This document shows, one piece after another, positions 9,509 through 17,156 of a DNA stretch of 64,000 bases. Where the stretch lies: NCBI GenBank assembly GCA_037140955.1, contig JBAXDL010000002.1, positions 105,846 to 169,845 on the forward strand. Reading direction: 5' to 3'. Each line of letters opens with the position of its first letter. The first letter of the stretch is position 1. The notes under the pieces are model-generated. The model made no database searches and was not told the origin of the DNA. It saw only the letters and a list, made by a program, of their open reading frames with translations. The stretch is from a bacterium (GTDB lineage: Bacteria; Patescibacteriota; Minisyncoccia; Moranbacterales; GWC2-37-73). The translations under genes were made by a program, and so were the position numbers.

Positions 9509-10987
9509 ATGAATGAATTAGGATTAAACGACATTCTCAAGGCGCTTCGAACCAAGCCTTCTGACCAAAGAATAAAAGTCATCACTTTGGCTTATGAATT
9601 TGCCATGGAGGCACACAAGGGGCAATTGCGTCGTTCTGGAGAAGACTATTTCCAACATCCTATTTCTGTTGCAATAATCTTGGCACAACTTGGCATGGGC
9701 GGAAAAACAATTACAGCTGGCCTTTTGCATGATGTGCCCGAGGACACCAGTGCAACACTTGCTGATGTTGAGAAAAAATTTGGCAGCGAAATTGCTGCCA
9801 TGGTTGATGGTGTGACCAAATTGGGAAAAATAAAACTGCGCGGCTCACATGAAGAATATTTTTTGGAAAATTTGCGCAAGATGATTCTTGCTATGGCTTC
9901 TGACATTCGAGTTGTCATCATCAAACTTGCTGATCGTTTGCACAACATGCGCACACTCGAATTCAATCCACCAGACAAACAGCAACGCATTGCCAGGGAA
10001 ACAATGAAGGTTTTTGCCTCCATTGCCAACAGACTTGGAATGGGAGAAATAAAATCACAATTGCAAGATCTGTCTTTTCAATATTTGGACCCAGAAAATT
10101 ACAAACTAACAGCACAGTTGGAAGAAACTCACTACAAAGAAAAAGAAAAATACGTCTTGCAAGCAATCAAGGAAATTGAGATTGAAATGAAAAAAGAAGG
10201 AGTTGCTATCATTGAAACAAGCGGGAGAGCCAAGAGTCTGTTCAGTCTTTTTCAAAAATTGCAAAAACATGACATGGACATCACCCAAATTTATGACTTG
10301 GCTGCAGTGCGCATCATTGTGCAAGAAGTGACTGATTGTTATGAAACACTAGGAATCGTGCATAAAAAATATCGCCCCATGATCGGGAGAATCAAGGATT
10401 ACATTTCACTTCCAAAACCAAATGGATATCAATCAATCCACACTACGGTTTTTGGGCCAGATGGAAAAATCATTGAAATTCAAATAAGAACACAAAAAAT
10501 GCATTCTGAAGCTGAATTTGGAATCGCTTCTCATTGGCTTTACAGTGAAAGCAAGAAGAAAAATTGGAAAGATTATATTTTCAAAAAGAAAAAAAGTTTG
10601 CCCGAAAAAGAAATTGAATGGGTCAAGCAACTTCGCGAATGGCAAAATGAAATCGGTAGAGACGATGAAGAATTCATGCAAAGTTTGCAAATTGATTTTT
10701 TCAAAAATCACATTTTTGCCTTCACGCCTATGGGCGACATCATTGACTTACCAGAAGAAGCAACTCCGATTGATTTTGCCTATGCAATTCACGGTGAAAT
10801 AGGAAATCATGCCACTGGCGCAAAAATAAACAACAAAATGGTGCCACTCGATCAACACATCAAAAACGGAGAAGTGGTTGAAATCCTAACCTCCAAAGAT
10901 CGCAAAACACCAAATGCTGATTGGTTGAAATTTGTGAAAACATCAGTTGCAAAATCACACATCAAAAGAGAATTAAGAAAAGAATAA
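9509..10987 (+). CDS. rel: short RelA/SpoT-homolog (p)ppGpp synthetase/hydrolase (HD + synthetase + TGS domains only)
   Basis: HD hydrolase motif (GLLHDVPEDT). Synthetase core (IHTTVFGPDGKIIEIQIRTQKMH, ASHWLY). C-terminal TGS-like segment. At 492 aa it lacks the usual C-terminal ACT/RRM regulatory half. Confidence 0.85.
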   Translation: MNELGLNDILKALRTKPSDQRIKVITLAYEFAMEAHKGQLRRSGEDYFQHPISVAIILAQLGMGGKTITAGLLHDVPEDTSATLADVEKKFGSEIAAMVDGVTKLGKIKLRGSHEEYFLENLRKMILAMASDIRVVIIKLADRLHNMRTLEFNPPDKQQRIARETMKVFASIANRLGMGEIKSQLQDLSFQYLDPENYKLTAQLEETHYKEKEKYVLQAIKEIEIEMKKEGVAIIETSGRAKSLFSLFQKLQKHDMDITQIYDLAAVRIIVQEVTDCYETLGIVHKKYRPMIGRIKDYISLPKPNGYQSIHTTVFGPDGKIIEIQIRTQKMHSEAEFGIASHWLYSESKKKNWKDYIFKKKKSLPEKEIEWVKQLREWQNEIGRDDEEFMQSLQIDFFKNHIFAFTPMGDIIDLPEEATPIDFAYAIHGEIGNHATGAKINNKMVPLDQHIKNGEVVEILTSKDRKTPNADWLKFVKTSVAKSHIKRELRKE

Positions 10988-11009
10988 AAAGTATTTTGAT
11001 GCTCATAAA

Positions 11010-11046
11010 ATAAAAAATCTTTCAAGTGAAAGATTTTTTATTTGTT
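11010..11046. terminator. bidirectional intrinsic terminator between rel and parB
   Basis: Hairpin AAAATCTTTCAAGTGAAAGATTTT followed by a T-run, with an A-run on the other side. Confidence 0.5.
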
Positions 11047-11056
11047 TTGATTTTAT

Positions 11057-11974
11057 CTATTGAACGATTTTTCCCAACAGAGAACTAAGATCTTCTTGTG
11101 AGTAATATTCAATCACAATCTTTCCCCCATCGCCAGCTTTGGAAATTTTCACCTTTGTTCCTAGCTTTTCAATCAGATTATTTTCCATTTCTTTTGTTTG
11201 CGGATCAATATTTTTGTGTCTTTCGTATGATTTTACTGAAACTTCTTTGGCTTTTTCTTCAACCTGTCTTACAGTCAAATTGCTTTTCAAAATCAATTCA
11301 TACATCGCTCTTTGTTTTTCTGGATTTGAAAGTGACAAAATTGCCTTGGCATGACCTTCGGTGATTTTTTGTTCAATCAAACCTTTTTGAACTTCAATTG
11401 GCAATCCCAAAAGACGCATTTTGTTTGCCACCAAGCTTCTTGATTTACCCATTTTTGTTGCAATTTCTTCTTGACTCATCTCCCAATCGGCTGCCAGTTT
11501 TTGATATGACATCGCCTCTTCAATTGCGTTCAAATCATGCCTTTGAATGTTTTCAATGATCGCCAGTTCCAATTTTTGCAAATCAGTTGCTTCGCGGATG
11601 ATCACCGGCACTTTTTTGAGGCCAATTAATTTTGAAGCCTGAAAACGTCTTTCTCCAGCAATAAGTTCATACAAATTTCCTTTTTTAGTAACAATAAGAG
11701 GCTGAATGATGCCGTGAATCTTGATTGATTGAGCCAAATTTTGCAATTTTTCCTCGTCAAATTGAACCCTTGGTTGAGATGGATTTGCCACAATTTGATT
11801 CACATCAACTTCAATGACATATTTGTCACCACGAATTGATTCGTCGCTAATGTTTCTGGATTGAGTAGCAATAGCTACTTGCTCTTCAATTACTTGTGCT
11901 TGATTATCCTCATCAGGTTGTTTGTTTGGAATAAGAGATGAAAGACCTCTTCCAAGTCCGAATTGTTGACTCAT
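11057..11974 (-). CDS. parB: chromosome partitioning protein ParB (Spo0J)
   Basis: MSQQFGLGRGLSSLIP N-terminus, ParB box (LIAGERRFQASK) and an HTH region. The ORF-track start at 12022 is a TTG extension with no support. An ATG at 11974 gives the canonical N-terminus. Confidence 0.9.
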   Translation of the reverse strand: MSQQFGLGRGLSSLIPNKQPDEDNQAQVIEEQVAIATQSRNISDESIRGDKYVIEVDVNQIVANPSQPRVQFDEEKLQNLAQSIKIHGIIQPLIVTKKGNLYELIAGERRFQASKLIGLKKVPVIIREATDLQKLELAIIENIQRHDLNAIEEAMSYQKLAADWEMSQEEIATKMGKSRSLVANKMRLLGLPIEVQKGLIEQKITEGHAKAILSLSNPEKQRAMYELILKSNLTVRQVEEKAKEVSVKSYERHKNIDPQTKEMENNLIEKLGTKVKISKAGDGGKIVIEYYSQEDLSSLLGKIVQ

Positions 11975-12049
11975 AATACAATCAATCTTAAATTTTAATT
12001 TATATATTGAATTTACAAACAATTAAATATTTGCAACATCTGCAGGTGG

Positions 12050-12113
12050 ATATTGTTTTTTTGCGGCTTCCGTGTGAACGAAGTGAACGAAAGGCAAGCA
12101 AAAAAATAATATT
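12050..12113 (+). repeat. 65-nt palindromic intergenic repeat, copy 3 (between parA and parB)
   Basis: Same element as 612-676 and 9398-9462. Sits inside the parA-parB intercistronic gap, antisense relative to the operon transcript. Confidence 0.8.
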
Positions 12114-12148
12114 CACGTGCAGATAATAAAACAAATACCAAAGCATCA

Positions 12149-12937
12149 TCACATCTGATTTCTAATTCTTTCAGCTTCATCGCGAGCAATGATTTCCTTG
12201 ACCAAATTTTTGTATGATCGGGCTCCCTTTGAGAGACTGTCAAAACTCAGAATTGATTTTCCATAACTGGGCGCTTCAGCCAAACGAACTGAGCGAGGAA
12301 TCACACTTTCAAAAACATGACCTGGAAAATGATTGCGCATTTCCTTGACAACTTGCCTAGAAAGACGGTTGCGACGATCATACATGGTCAAAACAGCCCC
12401 CATAATCTTCAATTTTGGCTGCAAATGCTTTTGGACCAATTCAATTGTTGAAAGAAGTTGGCTCAATCCCTCCAGGGCATAATATTCAGTTTGCACTGGA
12501 ATCAAAACCTCATCACTGGCCACAAGCCCATTAATCGTCAACAAACCGAGGCTAGGAGGACTATCGATAAGAATATAGTCATATTCAGTGCGTATTTGCC
12601 GCAGCACGTCATAGAGCTTAAATTCGCGATTATCAAAATGAACCATTTCGACGCCAGCACCTGCCAACTCTTGCGAAGATGGCATCAGGTCATGACCAGC
12701 AGCTTCAGCCCGAATGATGACATTATGAGGATGATCACCACCAACCAGCGTGTTATACAAACCCTTTTCAAGGTTACGAATATCAATTCCCAAACCAGAA
12801 GAGGCATTGCCTTGCGGGTCAAGATCGACAAGCAAAACAGACTTCCCCATGGAAGAAAGGTAGGTTGCAACATTGGTCGCAGTTGTTGTTTTTCCAACTC
12901 CCCCTTTTTGATTTATAAGTGAAATTATTTTAGCCAT
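12149..12937 (-). CDS. parA: chromosome partitioning ATPase ParA/Soj
   Basis: Deviant Walker A KGGVGKTT. ParA-family similarity throughout. Confidence 0.9.
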   Translation of the reverse strand: MAKIISLINQKGGVGKTTTATNVATYLSSMGKSVLLVDLDPQGNASSGLGIDIRNLEKGLYNTLVGGDHPHNVIIRAEAAGHDLMPSSQELAGAGVEMVHFDNREFKLYDVLRQIRTEYDYILIDSPPSLGLLTINGLVASDEVLIPVQTEYYALEGLSQLLSTIELVQKHLQPKLKIMGAVLTMYDRRNRLSRQVVKEMRNHFPGHVFESVIPRSVRLAEAPSYGKSILSFDSLSKGARSYKNLVKEIIARDEAERIRNQM

Positions 12938-12976
12938 ATTTTTTCGATTTGTCTTTTATCTTTTGTCTATTTGACT

Positions 12977-13005
12977 ATAATAGCACATTGACAATTAGCA
13001 ATCAA
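12977..13005 (-). promoter_or_regulatory. candidate parA promoter (TTGATT-N17-TATTAT on minus strand)
   Basis: Minus-strand -35 at 13005..13000 and -10 at 12982..12977 with a 17-nt spacer. Overlaps the divergent tRNA promoter. Confidence 0.35.
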
Positions 13006-13016
13006 TAACTTATCAT
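12988..13016 (+). promoter_or_regulatory. candidate tRNA-Leu promoter (TTGACA-N17-TATCAT)
   Basis: -35 TTGACA at 12988-12993, 17-nt spacer, -10 TATCAT at 13011-13016, about 45 nt upstream of the tRNA 5' end. Confidence 0.35.
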
Positions 13017-13062
13017 AAAAAAAGCATTGACTCTTGAAATACACACTATTTCAAGGAAAAAT

Positions 13063-13144
13063 GCCCAAGTGGTGGAATTGGTATACACGCACGACTCAAA
13101 ATCGTGTGGCGCAAGTCATAAGAGTTCGAGTCTCTTCTTGGGCA
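13063..13144 (+). tRNA. tRNA-Leu (anticodon CAA), class II with long variable arm
   Basis: Acceptor GCCCAAG/CTTGGGC. D-arm with GAATTGGTAT loop. Anticodon stem CACGA/TCGTG with loop CTCAAAA (anticodon CAA). Long variable arm. T-arm AGAG-TTCGAGT-CTCT. Discriminator A. Confidence 0.8.
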
Positions 13145-13153
13145 CCCAATCTT

Positions 13154-13186
13154 AAAAAATCCACTTCGATGTGGATTTTTTATTTA
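13154..13186 (+). terminator. intrinsic terminator after tRNA-Leu
   Basis: Hairpin AATCCAC-TTCGAT-GTGGATT followed by TTTTTAT. Confidence 0.55.
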
Positions 13187-13187
13187 G

Positions 13188-13228
13188 AAAAGAAAAAGGG
13201 CGCAGTCAATTTTTTGACTGCGCCCTTA
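13188..13228. terminator. bidirectional terminator (serves the minus-strand gamma-CA gene)
   Basis: 13-bp stem AGGGCGCAGTCAA/TTGACTGCGCCCT with a TTTTT loop, flanked by an A-run and a T-run, immediately 3' of the 13242 gene end. Confidence 0.55.
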
Positions 13229-13241
13229 ATGAAATAACAAC

Positions 13242-13847
13242 TCAAATTGTTTCGTGATGCTTACGCCTCTCTTGGTATATCTTAACCAAATGCTTGTTCT
13301 TGTCCACAACTGTTTTGTTGAACCCTTTTTGTTGTTCATTAACCATAGGTAAGCTGTCGGCAATGGATTGACAATCAACTACCATACCTGATCGCACAAA
13401 ACGATTAGAGTCAACTATAACGTTTTCAACAATCGCACCATGTCCAATATAGCAATTTCTGCCAACAATCGAATTATGCACAATCGCATGAAAACCAACA
13501 AATGTCTTTTTACCAATGGCTGTTGGACCATGAATAGTTGCTCGATGAGCAATTGTACAATGAGATCCAATCAACACGGAATACTTGTGACCATGTTCGT
13601 CTTCGACATATTCATTGTGTAGTCCGTGAATAATCACAGAATCCTGAATGTTGGTACCCTTGCAAATCTTAAATGGCGAACCCTCATCAGCCCTAATTGA
13701 AACATGTGGACAGACTATCACGTGATCCTCCAATTCAACCTTGCCGGTTATTCGAGCCGAACGACTAATGTAGCAATTTTCATCGTTATAGCTTGGATTA
13801 CCGAAAAACTCATCATCGTAAAATACTACTCCCTTTTTTGATTGCAT
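13242..13847 (-). CDS. gamma-class carbonic anhydrase (Cam-type left-handed beta-helix) with intact catalytic residues
   Basis: Hexapeptide-repeat protein whose core aligns with M. thermophila Cam. SIRADEG matches Cam R59/D61/E62. NIQDS matches N73/Q75. The three Zn ligands H81 (IIHGLH) and H117/H122 (IAHRATIHGP) are present. SD GGGAGG lies 8 nt upstream. Confidence 0.8.
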   Translation of the reverse strand: MQSKKGVVFYDDEFFGNPSYNDENCYISRSARITGKVELEDHVIVCPHVSIRADEGSPFKICKGTNIQDSVIIHGLHNEYVEDEHGHKYSVLIGSHCTIAHRATIHGPTAIGKKTFVGFHAIVHNSIVGRNCYIGHGAIVENVIVDSNRFVRSGMVVDCQSIADSLPMVNEQQKGFNKTVVDKNKHLVKIYQERRKHHETI

Positions 13848-14037
13848 TTTTACTACCTCCCGGTTTTTGATGAACGTTGGTTTGACTTTCTTTGAAATTT
13901 TTAAGCTACCTTAGTTATTCATGGTTTCATGCACAACTATAAACTTTACTCCTAACATCTATTTTCGTCAATATATTTTCAAGCAACGAAATAAAGGCAT
14001 TATTTTGCCATTTTATAGCCAAAATAAGCCATAATTT

Positions 14038-14078
14038 TACAAAAATAGACCCATCAAAAGATAGGTCTATTTTTCAAA
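14038..14078 (-). terminator. intrinsic terminator after the NuoCD-like gene
   Basis: 9-bp stem AAATAGACC/GGTCTATTT with flanking A- and T-runs, 15 nt downstream of the 14093 stop. Confidence 0.45.
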
Positions 14079-14092
14079 AAGTGCATAACTTA

Positions 14093-15688
14093 CTATAAGT
14101 CAGTTCCCGAATATGAAAGATTTAAGCTTTTGTTGATCAGTGGAAAGTCAGGCACGATGTTTCCTGGTCCCATGATTCCAAACAAAGCCCAATTGCAAAA
14201 TGATGGATCACGCGGAAAGCATCTTTCAATCACACAATTTTTAATTTCCAAAGCACAAAGAACTTCACCTCTCCATGACTCAACTGCGCCAAGAGCAAAA
14301 CCATCTTTGATCTGGAAAGTTGATTTCGTTTCACCCTCTGGAATGTTTTTGACAATTTTTTCAATCAATTCCATTGTTGCATCAAGTTCATTGATGCGCA
14401 TGAGATATCTGGCATGCACATCACCTTTCTGCGCACTAGCAACAACAACTGGAAATTTTTCGTAGCAAGCATAGGCATGATCTCTTCTGGTGTCACGATC
14501 AAGGCCTGAGGCGCGAGCTGCTATTCCAAGTGCGCCCAATGCCTTTGCCGCATCAAGTGGAAGCACACCGGTTGTTTGCAAGCGATCAAGAAAACCATCT
14601 GACTCTAAAGCCAATGTCACTATTTTTTTCATTTCAATCCAAGCCTCATTTCCAATTGTAAAAAGTTTTTCTAACTTCTCAGGTGATAAATCAAATTCAA
14701 CTCCGCCGGGAATTATATATCCCCTCCAAAAACGATTGCCAAAAACTTCATCAGAAACACGCATTAATCTTTCCTTGATGCGAAAACCATTGGCAGCAAT
14801 GAAACTATATCCAGTTCCCATTCCTCCAATGTTGGCCAAGTCATGAATATGCATGGTCAACCTTTCAAGTTCGCAAACAAGCATGCGTAGCATTTGAGCC
14901 CTCTGCGAAACAACTGTTCCAGCAATTTTTTCAGCCGCTTGAACATATGCTAGAGCGTGAGCTGCTGCCATGTCGCCAGAAAGTCTTTCCACAAACGGAA
15001 GAGCATTTTCCACGATCTTCCCTTCAAGTAATTTTTCAACGCCCTTGTGGGTGAAAAATAATTTTCCTTCCAAGGTTAAGATTCTTTCGCCAGCAACATT
15101 GAAACGAAAATGCCCTGGTTCAATTATTCCAGCATGAATAGGGCCCACTGGAATCTCATAGATTCCCTCTCCAGAGACATGATGCATTGGATATTCCACA
15201 TTGGCTTTTTCCATTTTCTTGTTCCAGGCAAAATCTTTTCTGAGTGGAAACTGACCAACTGGCACATTTTCATGTGAAACCAAGCGACGCGGATCAGGAT
15301 GTCCCTCGGCAATGATGCCAAACATATCTTGCATATAGCGCTCATACCAATGTGCGGCCATTATTGTAGCTGTTAGTGCTGGATATTTTGGATTATTTTC
15401 TGGCAAAGCAGCAGAAAGATTCAGCCACTCGCCTGTTTTATCATTTCCAAAAATAACATGCACGCCAAAAGATTCATTTTCTTTTCGATCATCACTGCCG
15501 TACAAAAGCGACAAAAACAAACCATGAGCCTCAACAAGAACAGTTGAAATTCTTGCAAAATCACTGCTTTCAACAGTTGCCACGGTTGTGTCATTTTTAA
15601 TTTCAACAACTTTTATTTCCGGAAAAATTTTAATTATTTCTGATATTTTCATTTGATTATTTTGAGATATAAATAATATTTCTAGCAA
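14093..15688 (-). CDS. NuoC-NuoD fusion-like / group-4 [NiFe]-hydrogenase large-subunit-like protein lacking all Ni-Fe cysteine ligands (Ehr-type large subunit)
   Basis: N-terminal 30 kDa (NuoC/HycE N-term) region. The conserved GPIHAGIIEPGHFRF block. ERLSGDMAAAHALAY sits where hydrogenases have RxCGxCxxxHALA, so both Cys are replaced. The C-terminal DPSFCN does not match DPCxxC. The likely true start is the ATG at 15652 (MKISEII), 4 nt after the upstream stop. Confidence 0.75.
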   Translation of the reverse strand: MLEILFISQNNQMKISEIIKIFPEIKVVEIKNDTTVATVESSDFARISTVLVEAHGLFLSLLYGSDDRKENESFGVHVIFGNDKTGEWLNLSAALPENNPKYPALTATIMAAHWYERYMQDMFGIIAEGHPDPRRLVSHENVPVGQFPLRKDFAWNKKMEKANVEYPMHHVSGEGIYEIPVGPIHAGIIEPGHFRFNVAGERILTLEGKLFFTHKGVEKLLEGKIVENALPFVERLSGDMAAAHALAYVQAAEKIAGTVVSQRAQMLRMLVCELERLTMHIHDLANIGGMGTGYSFIAANGFRIKERLMRVSDEVFGNRFWRGYIIPGGVEFDLSPEKLEKLFTIGNEAWIEMKKIVTLALESDGFLDRLQTTGVLPLDAAKALGALGIAARASGLDRDTRRDHAYACYEKFPVVVASAQKGDVHARYLMRINELDATMELIEKIVKNIPEGETKSTFQIKDGFALGAVESWRGEVLCALEIKNCVIERCFPRDPSFCNWALFGIMGPGNIVPDFPLINKSLNLSYSGTDL

Positions 15689-17132
15689 TCAAATCAATAA
15701 ATTTGACTCCATTTGGAGATGACAAAAAGAAAGTCAAGCAAATGATAATAACCAATTCCAAGGTCATCACTGAATGCGTAATATTCCATTTTTCCCTCTT
15801 TTGGTTTTGCTCATTTTCATTTCCACCAAAAAACATTCCAATGGTTGATCTCAGCATGGCAAAAGAAATCACACTGAGTGCTATCATGATCAAAATAGAA
15901 AGAAATGGATGCAGCAAGAAAGCATTAGCAAAAATCATATATTCACTAACAAACAAAACTGAAGGCGGCAAAGCGATGATAGACAAAATTCCCAGCAAGA
16001 ATAATATTGCAGTAAACGGAGCTCTCTTCAACAATCCTTGAACTTTGGATGTTTGCGTTGTCTGATAGTTTGTCAGAATCTCGCCAGCTCCAAAAAACAA
16101 CATTGATTTTGAAAAAGTGTGTCCAATCATATGCACCACAGCAGCAATAGCACCCACTGGAGAAAGAGCAAGTGCAAAAGTTATAATCCCCATATGCTCA
16201 ACACTAGAATAGGCTAGCATACGCTTGTAGTTGCTCTGCACCAACATCATGAAAGCAGGAATGACAATTGAAATAAAACCAAAAAACAAAAACAAGTGTC
16301 CAGTCCACTCATTGCTGCCAAGAGAAAGATCAGTAATGAACCTGAAACGAATAATTCCATATAGCGCAATGTTCAAAAGAATACCAGAGAAAAGTCCAGA
16401 AATTGGAGATGGTGCATTACTGTGCGCATCAGGAAGCCAAATGTGCATTGGAACCAAACCAAGTTTTGCACCAAAGCCAACAAAAATGAAAACAAAAGCC
16501 CATCTGATGATGTCGATTGAAATCAAATGTGCATTTTGAGCAAGTGCTGTCAGGGTGAAAATGTCACCACCAGTGACACCACCAATTGAGGCGCCATAAC
16601 CAAACAACAAAATTCCCAACAAACCAAGACTGATGCCTGTTGAACAAATAATAATATATTTCCAAGCAGCTTCAGCTGAAGTCTTCTTGCGATACAATCC
16701 AACCAAAAATGTTGATGACAAGGTTGTGCCTTCGAGTGCCATCCAGAGCAAGAGCGAATTGTTTGCAATCACAGTAAGCAGCATACACAAAGCAAAAACA
16801 TGAAACAAAGAAAAATACAATTTCAAGTCTCCAATTGAAATTATTTTTTCCTCATGTTCATGTCCAATATACCTGACACTGACAACAGCAGCACTGATAT
16901 ATAAAAAGGCCACCAATGAAACCATCAGAGCTGAAAAATTGTCCATCAGCCAAACAGAATTTGACCAAGAGCTGCTCATTTGAAAAAGCACAGGGAGCGA
17001 CATGGAAAAAACTGAAAGTCCGCCAACAATAGCAAGGATTGTGGTGCTCAAAAGAATCTGCTTTTTTTTGTTTGAAAAAATTGCAACAGCGGCGGCAGCA
17101 AGAACAGTGATGATTGTGATGATTGGTGTCAT
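15657..17132 (-). CDS. NuoM/NuoN/HyfF/MrpD-family antiporter-like membrane subunit
   Basis: Polytopic membrane protein with the family signature PMHIWLPDAHSNAPSPISGL. Confidence 0.75.
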   Translation of the reverse strand: MTPIITIITVLAAAAVAIFSNKKKQILLSTTILAIVGGLSVFSMSLPVLFQMSSSWSNSVWLMDNFSALMVSLVAFLYISAAVVSVRYIGHEHEEKIISIGDLKLYFSLFHVFALCMLLTVIANNSLLLWMALEGTTLSSTFLVGLYRKKTSAEAAWKYIIICSTGISLGLLGILLFGYGASIGGVTGGDIFTLTALAQNAHLISIDIIRWAFVFIFVGFGAKLGLVPMHIWLPDAHSNAPSPISGLFSGILLNIALYGIIRFRFITDLSLGSNEWTGHLFLFFGFISIVIPAFMMLVQSNYKRMLAYSSVEHMGIITFALALSPVGAIAAVVHMIGHTFSKSMLFFGAGEILTNYQTTQTSKVQGLLKRAPFTAILFLLGILSIIALPPSVLFVSEYMIFANAFLLHPFLSILIMIALSVISFAMLRSTIGMFFGGNENEQNQKREKWNITHSVMTLELVIIICLTFFLSSPNGVKFIDLIARNIIYISK

Positions 17133-17156
17133 AATATTTAAATATTTAAGTTGGTA

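Noticed and set aside
12458-12922. 154-aa plus-strand ORF antisense to parA
   Set aside because: Entirely inside the well-supported parA CDS. No RBS and no recognisable features.
13034-13237. 67-aa ORF overlapping tRNA-Leu
   Set aside because: The region folds into a canonical class II tRNA followed by two terminators. The ORF is an artefact.
15652-15688. ORF-track start (non-ATG) of the NuoCD-like gene at 15688 overlapping the upstream gene by 32 nt
   Set aside because: An in-frame ATG at 15652 (MKISEII) lies 4 nt after the upstream stop and avoids the overlap. The longer form is kept in the feature coordinates only as the maximal ORF.
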